64,000 nt of DNA from ANME-2 cluster archaeon (GTDB lineage Archaea; Halobacteriota; Methanosarcinia; Methanosarcinales; Methanocomedenaceae). Every line of letters starts with the position of its first letter. The first letter of the stretch is position 1. Below the pieces are notes generated by a model. It was not told the origin of the DNA, ran no database searches, and was given only the letters and a program-made list of their open reading frames with translations. The position numbers and the translations under genes are program-made. The stretch is taken from assembly GCA_019429385.1 (NCBI GenBank), contig JAHYIS010000008.1:4318-68317 (forward strand). Reading direction: 5' to 3'. Below are positions 22,561-31,473 of this stretch, in pieces.

Positions 22561-23376
22561 TTATCGATTTTTTTCTTTTTTATTCAATTCAATAAAAGCT
22601 TCTCTGAGTTCATGGTGAATGTTAAACGGAAGTTGGCCGTTGACTTTGTATGAACACCAAATATAATATCCTATGATATAAAGGCCTAAAAGCAGAAATA
22701 AAATACCTAACAATTCCGTGATATCGAATATCGAATTAAGAAATATTGAGGTGATCGGAACTATAATTATCGGAGCGAAACCAATGACCCATGCGTCTTC
22801 AAAGTGAAAGATCTTAAATTGGTTGGTAAGGAAGAACCACCATCCAAAAAAGATAATAGGTATAACATAAGGAACTACAGTAATAAGCCGTGTGACTTCA
22901 ATAAAATAGATAAAAAGGGATAAAGTAATTAACACAAGCAAGATATTTCGTACGACGAAATTATCTGAAATACCGGCATTTGATGGCGAATGGCTTTTCC
23001 CTTGAACGTGTTCCATTTCAGATTCTATATTTTCAACTTTATTTAAGAGCATTTTCAAATCTATAGAAAAATCCTTGACTTCCACCTGCGTCTCAGCTAG
23101 AACATTGACCAGTGGGCCCAAACGTCTATAAATACCATTTTCGAACGATGAATCTAAAAGTTCATCCAAATAAAGAACCTTTCGGTAAATTTTAACTGCA
23201 TAAATGAGAGTGAAACCTCCGATAAATAAAAACAGTGTTCCAACTATCACATCAAGGATAATATTGGAGATAAAGCCTGAAATAACAGAAAAAAATGACC
23301 ATATTATTAAAAAAACTGCCGCTATTATCGTACTGTAGAGGCCGATTTTTTCTAAAGTCGTTAAATGGTTGGCCAT
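22561..23376 (-). CDS. Polytopic membrane protein of unknown function, translationally overlapped with the pentahaem cytochrome gene
   Basis: 271 aa. It has N- and C-terminal TM bundles separated by a soluble charged segment. Its ATG lies 16 nt inside the 3' end of the upstream cytochrome ORF. Confidence 0.5.
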   Translation of the reverse strand: MANHLTTLEKIGLYSTIIAAVFLIIWSFFSVISGFISNIILDVIVGTLFLFIGGFTLIYAVKIYRKVLYLDELLDSSFENGIYRRLGPLVNVLAETQVEVKDFSIDLKMLLNKVENIESEMEHVQGKSHSPSNAGISDNFVVRNILLVLITLSLFIYFIEVTRLITVVPYVIPIIFFGWWFFLTNQFKIFHFEDAWVIGFAPIIIVPITSIFLNSIFDITELLGILFLLLGLYIIGYYIWCSYKVNGQLPFNIHHELREAFIELNKKEKNR

Positions 23377-24047
23377 TTTACCTCGATGAAGGTCTTGAAT
23401 ATTAACGTAATCACATCAGCAATTGTAGGGATACCCCCTGCCTCTTTTATTGGAGCAGGTGAAATCTCAGGTGATGTTTCCAACAGTTTTACAATCTCAC
23501 TGTCAGGTTTATTTGAATAACTCAGCCCGTATTCACCATGACAAAGAACACATAAACTGCTCAGGTTCTCATGCGACCCATGTGGACCATATGGATGGCA
23601 AATACTGCAATCAGTAGTATTCGGCCTTATCAATCGCTCTTTTTCCACATGGCAGACTTCACATTTTTTATTACTATGAAGTATGTGGATATCATTATCC
23701 CCTAATTGGTCAACTATTCCGACATGGCATCGGATACACGGACTATTCCCGTGTATCTGCTGTACTTTCTTGATATCAATTTCCATATCCCATTGATTGT
23801 TTTCCAGATAATGACATTTACAATTGATTCCATAAGCCCTCTCGATCTCTATGAGCGAAAAATGGCATTGAAAACATTTTGCTCCACTATGACGTAGGTC
23901 ACCTGACCACCCGGGTCTTTCATAGGGGAAGGTATATTCAGGGGCGTTTTTTTCATCAGTGACTGCTGATGAAGAAGATACTTCCTGTACCACAAATAGT
24001 GAAATGAATATTATTAGAACAATTAATGTGGAACCCGGTTTCTTCAT
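23361..24047 (-). CDS. Secreted pentahaem c-type cytochrome
   Basis: Sec-type signal (MKKPGSTLIVLIIFISLFVV). Five CxxCH motifs: CFQCH, CIRCH, CEVCH, CSICH, CVLCH. There is also one off-pattern CKCH. Confidence 0.85.
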   Translation of the reverse strand: MKKPGSTLIVLIIFISLFVVQEVSSSSAVTDEKNAPEYTFPYERPGWSGDLRHSGAKCFQCHFSLIEIERAYGINCKCHYLENNQWDMEIDIKKVQQIHGNSPCIRCHVGIVDQLGDNDIHILHSNKKCEVCHVEKERLIRPNTTDCSICHPYGPHGSHENLSSLCVLCHGEYGLSYSNKPDSEIVKLLETSPEISPAPIKEAGGIPTIADVITLIFKTFIEVKWPTI

Positions 24048-24333
24048 GATGCCTCTTACTATAATTGCATAGATTAAATATAATTATATCCATATATACA
24101 TGAATTGATGATATAAATTATTTGAGGACTATTAACCTTTTCATTATACAGGTTTGTGAAATGTATTTTATTGAGTTTCATGCAATACGTACCATATGAG
24201 TCTAATGTTATATGATTCTACCAGATATCCGGAACAAATCCTGGGTTTCAAGTACCTGGTATCGCAAAGGAGTGTTTTTTTCAAAACAACGTGAATCGAT
24301 ATATTTATCAATGTGATTTAATAATTCTAATGT

Positions 24334-24759
24334 GTGAAAACCAGATATATCATAATTGCGGGACTAGCTGTTATAATAATATTGATCTTTGGTGCAAATT
24401 TATTTGACTTTTCAGAAAAAGTGCCGGTAATTAAAGCGAAATTTGAAATTATCGAAGTTGATAATGAAACTATAATTATCGATAGATCGGTCGAACAATC
24501 TAAAACCACCTATTTAAAACGACCCAGATCAGAATTACAGGAATATCCTTTATTAACCTCGCATGCAGCTATAAATGGAGTTTATTATAGCGATTGGGGT
24601 ATTACTCAATATAATGGTCCTGGGGAATATGAAATTCAAATGGGATTTCGGGAAGGATATTATCCTGTATCGAATGATTATGTTATGGTGATCTCTTATC
24701 TCTATGATGAGGAAGGGAATGTAATACTGAAAGATAAAATTGATTATTATTGGGAATAG
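24334..24759 (+). CDS. Hypothetical N-terminally anchored small protein
   Basis: 141 aa, GTG start, one N-terminal TM helix. No family recognised. Confidence 0.4.
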   Translation: MKTRYIIIAGLAVIIILIFGANLFDFSEKVPVIKAKFEIIEVDNETIIIDRSVEQSKTTYLKRPRSELQEYPLLTSHAAINGVYYSDWGITQYNGPGEYEIQMGFREGYYPVSNDYVMVISYLYDEEGNVILKDKIDYYWE

Positions 24760-24984
24760 AACAACAATATTTTTAGAATATTATATATAATTATTTTACA
24801 TTGCAGATTTCGCACTTTTAATAAGTATCAAGCATCTATCAAGTGTAATTTGATTTACTGTTATATACATATCGGAATTTATATAATTATATAGCTTTCA
24901 GAAAAAAACGATACATATATATGCTTTGAAACAAACAATTAGCCATTAATTGGGATTCATCCCAAACGGAATAGGAGAATTATT

Positions 24985-25593
24985 ATGAATAAGATTGGAC
25001 TCGTATTAGCAGCTGTAATAGCTGTTGGAATGTTTGCCCTGCCTGCCACATTGGCATACTTTGATGGGCAGCACGTATTCGTATCTGGTTCTGATGTGGA
25101 TTGTGGTAAATGTCATACTGCAATTGCTGATGAATTCTATTACGCAAATAGAGGTGCCGATGGTGGTGTAGTTGGTCCTCACGCAACCAACATGGTTTGT
25201 ACGGACTGCCATGTCACTGTACTGATGAATGGTAACAGTACAAGTACTGTCTATCAGAACCCTGCTGCCAAGGAGGGTCACGCATCAACAGCTGTTGAAT
25301 GTATGGATTGCCATGACAGCAATCAAACATCTTATGCTAAACAGGCTGGACAATATGGTAACCATGACATCACTGATCCCACCGCAGCTCACTACGATTT
25401 CTATGCTGCCGCTCTTGCAAACGAGGACACAACACTGAGAAATGGTGCCAATGAAGCTTGTATTGCATGTCATACCCATACCGCCGTAACTATTGTTTGG
25501 GTATCAACAGATGGCAATATGACCTATGACCAGGCTACTGGACATTTCTCACAGAACGCCAATCCAGGGAACAAAGTAAACGCAACATATTAG
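24985..25593 (+). CDS. Secreted tetrahaem c-type cytochrome with SipW-cognate-like N-terminus
   Basis: Four CxxCH motifs (CGKCH, CTDCH, CMDCH, CIACH). The N-terminus is MNKIGLVLAAVIAVGMFALPATLAYFDGQHVF. GGAG sits 8-11 nt upstream of the ATG. Confidence 0.9.
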   Translation: MNKIGLVLAAVIAVGMFALPATLAYFDGQHVFVSGSDVDCGKCHTAIADEFYYANRGADGGVVGPHATNMVCTDCHVTVLMNGNSTSTVYQNPAAKEGHASTAVECMDCHDSNQTSYAKQAGQYGNHDITDPTAAHYDFYAAALANEDTTLRNGANEACIACHTHTAVTIVWVSTDGNMTYDQATGHFSQNANPGNKVNATY

Positions 25594-25666
25594 AGTTTTG
25601 AATTGTTACCTAACTCTAACAACAATTGGTTAAGGTTTTTTGAACCTTAACCGATACCTTTTTTTT

Positions 25667-26383
25667 ATGATTATTTATATTATACTTTCCTCGATTTTTC
25701 TGATTATTCTATTCGGCTTTTTTTACAATCAACATCATAATGGTAAACTGTATCTCCTTCCTTTAATTTTCATCCAGGACCGGTACAAAAAGAATTCAAC
25801 AAAAAAACGTATTGAACAGATACGTTCAAATTGTCATACCCCTGATACGACATTTACCTTGATTGGTAATTTTGGGTTCATTGCAATTTGTATAATCCTG
25901 GCATATGTCTTTCTCTCCCATACACTATTGTTCGGTGCAGTAATGACCGGGAGCATGACCGGTACAGTTGATAAAGGTGACCTTATTTTTATGACCTCTG
26001 TAGGTGAGGTAGAAGTAGGAGATATCATAATGTTCAATTCTCCGGATGTACTGTATCCCGTGACTCACAGGGTCTATGACATCACTCCGTTCGGTATAAC
26101 AACGAAAGGAGATGCCAGGAACCTTCCTGACAGTTGGACTATCCAGAATGAAGATGTACTTGCCCAAGCCGTTTTGATATTTGAAAAACCCATTGTCATC
26201 CCTGATGCAGGTAATTATTTCATTGTCGGGGATGAATTCGAAAGAAAATCAACCATTGATACAGAATACGGAGATGAATATGCCATTGCCAAAAAATTCT
26301 TTAGTATGATACGCTCATATGGAGTAGTAATATTTATCATAGTACTGTTATATTCAGTGTTAGATCTATTCAAAGGCGGTTGA
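25667..26383 (+). CDS. Signal peptidase I, archaeal/ER (S26B, SipW/Sec11) type
   Basis: LLFGAVMTGSMTGTVDKGDLIFM (Ser box), GDIIMFNS..YPVTHRVYDI (His box) and TTKGDARNLPD. It has N-terminal TM segments and a C-terminal TM. The track start is TTG 25640 and the first ATG is 25667. Confidence 0.8.
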   Translation: MIIYIILSSIFLIILFGFFYNQHHNGKLYLLPLIFIQDRYKKNSTKKRIEQIRSNCHTPDTTFTLIGNFGFIAICIILAYVFLSHTLLFGAVMTGSMTGTVDKGDLIFMTSVGEVEVGDIIMFNSPDVLYPVTHRVYDITPFGITTKGDARNLPDSWTIQNEDVLAQAVLIFEKPIVIPDAGNYFIVGDEFERKSTIDTEYGDEYAIAKKFFSMIRSYGVVIFIIVLLYSVLDLFKGG

Positions 26384-26384
26384 A

Positions 26385-27272
26385 TTGAAAAAACTGATAT
26401 TACTTCTCATTGCCATAGCATTCATTGCCACCCCCAACACCATTTCTTACTTTACAGGTCAGCACACTTTTGAATCAAAAAGTTGTATGGCCTGTCACAA
26501 CAGCATAGAACTGGATGTCAAACAGGGGACTACTCTTATGGCAACATTTGATTGTATCCAATGTCATTATTATATTTCAATTTCCAATTCATCCGTTCAA
26601 GGGCATTCTACCGTCAATAATGCATGTATTGATTGTCACTTAAATGTCGGGGACCAATTCATTTCAAAAAATGATTCTCATAAGAATTTTTATCAAGCTG
26701 CGATCCTTGATAATTCCATGTTATCCACAAATGAAGCCTGTCTTATGTGTCATAGTGATATCAATAAAAGTTTTATTTTTTCAAGGCCTGAATTCATAGA
26801 ATACGAAGTAATGAATGATAGCGGTACCTGGACGGTCCAGAATTTACTGGAAGGAGCTACAGTGAACAATAATATCAATTTTAACAGCAATAATGGAACA
26901 CACACCATACTAAGTGGAGCTGATGTGGGTTGCACAAAATGCCATACTGATATCACCACTGCGATAGGTACAGGTGGTCATTATCCTGTAAACACCACGT
27001 TCCACTCGGCTTCATCGACCTGTGCCCTTTGCCATGATAACTATGACCAGGTACAACTCGTCCAGCATGTATCAAATTCATCCACATGTATTAGTTGCCA
27101 TTCTACCCATAATGGAAGTATTATCAATTCAATTAACAATTATCCTATGAACGTTAAAGGAAATATTTGTCTTGGATGTCATATGACATCTGCTCCCTAT
27201 TTACCGGCAAACAATACCATAACAAATTTTAAAGTGTATCTTGAACCTGGTTCAGATGTCATTATAACATGA
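26385..27272 (+). CDS. Secreted octahaem c-type cytochrome with SipW-cognate-like N-terminus
   Basis: Eight CxxCH motifs (CMACH, CIQCH, CIDCH, CLMCH, CTKCH, CALCH, CISCH, CLGCH). The N-terminus is MKKLILLLIAIAFIATPNTISYFTGQHTF. The TTG start is 1 nt after the peptidase stop. Confidence 0.9.
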   Translation: MKKLILLLIAIAFIATPNTISYFTGQHTFESKSCMACHNSIELDVKQGTTLMATFDCIQCHYYISISNSSVQGHSTVNNACIDCHLNVGDQFISKNDSHKNFYQAAILDNSMLSTNEACLMCHSDINKSFIFSRPEFIEYEVMNDSGTWTVQNLLEGATVNNNINFNSNNGTHTILSGADVGCTKCHTDITTAIGTGGHYPVNTTFHSASSTCALCHDNYDQVQLVQHVSNSSTCISCHSTHNGSIINSINNYPMNVKGNICLGCHMTSAPYLPANNTITNFKVYLEPGSDVIIT

Positions 27273-27386
27273 TTGATAGTGAATTCAAGGTAATTGAAAG
27301 ACAAGAAAATCCCTCCTACGGTCGGATTACCTTGAGTTTAGAAAGTTATACTGTATTTACAATTAAAAAATAGTAACAATTGATTG

Positions 27387-28655
27387 TTATTTTCTTTTTT
27401 TATTAAGTTGTCTTGATATCATCACCAATGCAAAAATGACGAAAAATCCTGAAATCGATGGAATTGAAAAACCATTATCACTATCAGTTTCATTTATTGC
27501 ATCACCAGGATTAACTGGGGATTCTGCATCCTGAACAACAATTACTTTCTTAAATTCCTTGCCCTGGATTTTTGCCTGGAATATTCCCGGAGTTTCCATC
27601 GATACATTAAAACGAACGACTTCAGATTCTCCATAGGCTAATGTAACATTCCTGGTGGCCTTTACTTCATCATTAAGCAATAAGACCACTGGTCTGGTAC
27701 CATTCTCACCTGTATTGAACACTCCGACAGAAATCGTTACGTTTTCGCCTTTATAATATTTTATCCTATCTGCCTGAAGTTCATTATAAATGAATTCCGT
27801 AGGTTTTACAGGAATTATTTCAACTTCATAACTCACGTTCTTTGAGCCTAATTCCAGGTTATTAATACCCGGTATAGATGAAATAACGGTGAAATATACT
27901 TCATTTATCTTGTTGGGCTGCAAATCGAAACTGACATCGCCCAGTTTTTTTCCATTCAATACCAGTGGAATACTATCCTTAACAATGTTGGGATTTTCAT
28001 TCGCAATTAAGACTTTCACATTCACATCTGATTCAGGTGGTACATGCTCGGGCACAATGATCTCTTTGACAAAATACGGCTTTGCCGAGCTGTCAATGAT
28101 GATCTTGAGTTCTTTTTCAACTACTTCAGCATGACTGCGGGGGATCAACAAACCTTCATCGATCAAAGTGTCTTCATCATAGGTTGAAAAGAATTTTTCC
28201 AGATGATTGACCTCTTTATCACTCATCCTTGGATCGATGGGTGTAATAAACTTTTTCGTAGTATATGTATAGTTCGTTCTATCCATCTGGTATATCTTGA
28301 TAGTATATTCTCCATCTATCCACTCGGGAGGTATCTTCTTTGAAAAAAAAGCTGACGTTTCTTTACCATACGTCCTTGACCTGTCCTTTTGTATCTGGAT
28401 ATGCACAGGATTATCGTTCGGGTCCTTTATTACTAATAGGTAATCATAAGCAACGATACGATTATAATTATAGAGAAGGTTCCTGTGCGAGTATACATTA
28501 ATAGTACTGCCCGGTACAAACACAGTATTATCGCGGAGTGTTTTTCCGTCAGAAAGCGTGAAATATAATGTTTCGGTGTAGTCCGTAGCATCAACTAATG
28601 GTGCTAATAGTATCAGTATGAACAATATTCCAATAATTGCTGATTTTATACTCAT
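27387..28655 (-). CDS. Cell-surface protein with repeated beta-sandwich (CARDB-like) modules and a C-terminal membrane anchor
   Basis: 422 aa. It has a signal peptide and two similar modules (..VNVKVLIANENP.. and ..VTISVGVFNTGENG..). The C-terminus is SIPSISGFFVIFALVMISRQLNKKRK. Confidence 0.55.
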   Translation of the reverse strand: MSIKSAIIGILFILILLAPLVDATDYTETLYFTLSDGKTLRDNTVFVPGSTINVYSHRNLLYNYNRIVAYDYLLVIKDPNDNPVHIQIQKDRSRTYGKETSAFFSKKIPPEWIDGEYTIKIYQMDRTNYTYTTKKFITPIDPRMSDKEVNHLEKFFSTYDEDTLIDEGLLIPRSHAEVVEKELKIIIDSSAKPYFVKEIIVPEHVPPESDVNVKVLIANENPNIVKDSIPLVLNGKKLGDVSFDLQPNKINEVYFTVISSIPGINNLELGSKNVSYEVEIIPVKPTEFIYNELQADRIKYYKGENVTISVGVFNTGENGTRPVVLLLNDEVKATRNVTLAYGESEVVRFNVSMETPGIFQAKIQGKEFKKVIVVQDAESPVNPGDAINETDSDNGFSIPSISGFFVIFALVMISRQLNKKRK

Positions 28656-28852
28656 ATCTGGTAATTGGCATTAATAAATTATGAACGCATAAATAGATAT
28701 TGTTTTGAAAACATCATTTATATGATTATCATCATACCAATTTATGCAGTCTATTGTACCTGTTTATATATTAAATTATATAATCGTATAGATTACATAA
28801 TTATATATGTATTCCGATTAATTTGAGATACGTGGTAACATTATCTCATTAC

Positions 28853-28895
28853 AAAAAAAAATGCCGATGATAAACCCTTTACCAGGTCTATCATC
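28853..28895 (-). terminator. Hairpin plus T9 terminator candidate after the thermosome gene
   Basis: On the minus strand, GATGATA-(16 nt)-TATCATC (28889-28895 pairing with 28866-28872) is followed by ggca and nine T (complement of the A9 run at 28853-28861). It starts 6 nt past the stop codon. Confidence 0.5.
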
Positions 28896-28900
28896 CTTAT

Positions 28901-30532
28901 CTAAACCTGGTAGTCCTTCATTCCGGGAGCCTGTTTCGGCCCTTTACTACCGCTGGAAGCTATCATATCATCAATGCGGAGTATCATGTTGGCTGCCTCG
29001 GATGCCGAATCAATTGCCTGGAGCTTCACTCTCAAAGGCTCTACCACACCAGAGACCTTCATATCTTCTACCCTGTTCTTAAAGACATTCAGCCCGGCAT
29101 TCTTTTCCCCTGCCTCATGCCTGCTTTTAAGTTCCACAAGTTTATCAATAGAATCAAGACCACTGTTCTCGGCAAGGGTCTTGGGAATTATTTCTACTGC
29201 CTCGGCAAACCTTATCACTGCCAGTTGTTCCCTGCCCTTCAATGTAGCTGCATATTCCTTTAGCCGTAATGACAGTTCCACTTCAGGTGACCCACCGCCG
29301 GCTACGACCCGCCCGTCCTCAATGACCACACCTACCACGCGCAGGGCATCGTTCATGGCCCGTGCAAGATTATCCACCACCTGTTCGGTGCCGCCTCGCA
29401 GGATAATAGATACAACCTTTGTATTGGGACAATCACGTACAAATATCATCTCGCCGTTACCCACCATTTTTTCTTCGACCAGCCCGGCATTACCCAGGTC
29501 GTCCGGAGTAATTTCGTCAAGATTGGTAACAATCTTACCGTTCGTGGATTGGGCAAGCAGTTTCAGGTCCTTCTTCTTTACCCTGTGAATAACAAATATA
29601 CCGGCCTTGGCCAGGTAGTGGCGCGCCATATCGTCAACAGCTTTCTGGCAGAACACTGCATTAGCCCCGCTGTTGATCACTTTATCCACCACGTCCTTCA
29701 CCATCCGCTCTTCCTGCTCAATAAAAGCCCGGCGCTGTGTTGTACCTGTCAGGGATATCTCATTCTTGAATTCCATTGACCGTACATCAATGGGCGTGGC
29801 AAGTATTGCAATTCTGGCATTATCGACCCTGGTGGGCATGCTCTGGTGGGTACGGGTCCTGTCAATGATAAGTCCTTCTACCAGTTCAGTATCGTCCACA
29901 CTGCCCTCCACCCTGCGCTCCATCATAACATCCTTAATATCTACGGTCTTTTTTCCGTTTGCATCAGTTTCAGTAATAGCGCGCACGGCCCTGACCACAA
30001 GTGGTGCAATGATATCCGTCGCAGATTCCGCACCTTTGCCCGTAAGCGCCGTCTCGGCTATCTTAACCAGGGTATCCACATCGTCTTCGGTCACCTGGAT
30101 TGATATGCCTTCCAGAATGCGGTGTGCCTCAATAGCAGCCATCCGGTATCCTTTTGTAATAGTCGTGCTGTGCACGTTCATATCCAGCAGTTCTTCTGCC
30201 TTTTCCAGCAGTTCTCCGGTCAGTACAGCAGCTGTGGTGGTGCCGTCGCCCACTTCGTCATCCTGGGTTTTTGCGACCTCTACAACCATTTTGGCTGCAG
30301 GATGCTTGATATCCATTTCATCCAGGATAGTTGCGCCGTCGTTGGTAATGGTAACCTGGCCTGCAGAATTCACCAGCATCTTATCCATACCCTTTGGTCC
30401 CAGGGTGGAACGTACTGCCGATGCAACCACTTTTGCTGCCATGATATTACCCCTCTGGGCATCTCTACCTGTAGTCCTTTGTGTCCCCTGTCTGAGGACC
30501 ATTATTGGCTGACCGCCTAACTGTGCTGCCAT
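28901..30532 (-). CDS. ths: Thermosome subunit (group II chaperonin)
   Basis: 543 aa. [32 protein letters not shown] and [11 protein letters not shown] are classic CCT/thermosome motifs. Confidence 0.96.
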   Translation of the reverse strand: MAAQLGGQPIMVLRQGTQRTTGRDAQRGNIMAAKVVASAVRSTLGPKGMDKMLVNSAGQVTITNDGATILDEMDIKHPAAKMVVEVAKTQDDEVGDGTTTAAVLTGELLEKAEELLDMNVHSTTITKGYRMAAIEAHRILEGISIQVTEDDVDTLVKIAETALTGKGAESATDIIAPLVVRAVRAITETDANGKKTVDIKDVMMERRVEGSVDDTELVEGLIIDRTRTHQSMPTRVDNARIAILATPIDVRSMEFKNEISLTGTTQRRAFIEQEERMVKDVVDKVINSGANAVFCQKAVDDMARHYLAKAGIFVIHRVKKKDLKLLAQSTNGKIVTNLDEITPDDLGNAGLVEEKMVGNGEMIFVRDCPNTKVVSIILRGGTEQVVDNLARAMNDALRVVGVVIEDGRVVAGGGSPEVELSLRLKEYAATLKGREQLAVIRFAEAVEIIPKTLAENSGLDSIDKLVELKSRHEAGEKNAGLNVFKNRVEDMKVSGVVEPLRVKLQAIDSASEAANMILRIDDMIASSGSKGPKQAPGMKDYQV

Positions 30533-30615
30533 GTGATAATCTCCATTATAAATAATATTTGATTGTAATTAACTAAGTAACGGATTTCGCATTTCGTATG
30601 TTTGAAGTTCTATAT

Positions 30616-31473
30616 TTACGTTGTGGTACGTTCAATCTCAACATTGTATACCTTTTCCGGATTCTCCTTGTGGATTTTCCAGAAAACCTCATCTTCCCAC
30701 TCATCCACCAACGCAAGCGTCTTTCGGGGTATGGTCCTGGCACCCAGCACTGCACCGGGACGCTGTGGGTCGTCAATATAATCCGTTTCCATCATGAACC
30801 TGTCCCCCTGGACCAGTGCCTCCTCTATCATCCCTTTACCGGCAAGTACGCCCGGCCATATACCGCACTTTGCAAATTCAGGTATCATGGGCGGTGAGAA
30901 ATGCTTCACCACTTTTTCAGGGGAAAGTCCGGCTTTTCGTGCCATGCACGCCAGCTCATGTACGCCCTCAGGAGTTGCGGTTTCGGTATGCAATTGCACA
31001 GGACATCCTGCGTCCCGTGCCAGTTCCATAGCGTAGACCAGTATCATATTTGAAGCATCCCACAAAGCAGGTTCAACCTCATAATGGGGACGACCCGATT
31101 TCATACCCACGGCAAGCCCATCTTCTACATATCCGGCGGCAATCTCAAGACCAGACCGCATCAACTCAATAGTCCTGTCCAGACCAACCCTTCCATACAT
31201 CTTGGTAATGGCAGCAGGATGTACGCCAAGCACAGGAAAAGCTGTCACACCGATCCTTTTAACAGCTTCTGCCATTTCGATGGTTTCATCGAACACCAGT
31301 CTGTAATCATCTGGCTTGTTTATGGTTACACCTATGGTCCATGAAGGTTTTGAAACTAAAAAAATATGGGTGCCGCCTGCGCGCTTGAAAGCTTTGGCGG
31401 CCTCTGTACCCTGACAACGGTGGTCAAGGTGCATGTGATGGTCAGTAATTGGAAATGTGTGACCTGAATTCAC
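30616..31473 (-). CDS. TatD-related metal-dependent hydrolase
   Basis: The N-terminal ITDHHMHLD metal-binding motif and a later ..VQLHTE.. fit the archaeal TatD-like hydrolase pattern. Confidence 0.7.
   Translation of the reverse strand: MNSGHTFPITDHHMHLDHRCQGTEAAKAFKRAGGTHIFLVSKPSWTIGVTINKPDDYRLVFDETIEMAEAVKRIGVTAFPVLGVHPAAITKMYGRVGLDRTIELMRSGLEIAAGYVEDGLAVGMKSGRPHYEVEPALWDASNMILVYAMELARDAGCPVQLHTETATPEGVHELACMARKAGLSPEKVVKHFSPPMIPEFAKCGIWPGVLAGKGMIEEALVQGDRFMMETDYIDDPQRPGAVLGARTIPRKTLALVDEWEDEVFWKIHKENPEKVYNVEIERTTT

Noticed and set aside
23595-23840. CKCH in the pentahaem cytochrome as a sixth haem-binding site
   Set aside because: The spacing is CxCH, not CxxCH or a known longer variant. 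I count the protein as pentahaem unless mass spectrometry shows otherwise.
27387-27470. Calling the surface-protein tail a bona fide PGF-CTERM archaeosortase signal
   Set aside because: The motif is SGF rather than PGF, and I cannot run the model. It is kept only as a low-confidence resemblance.
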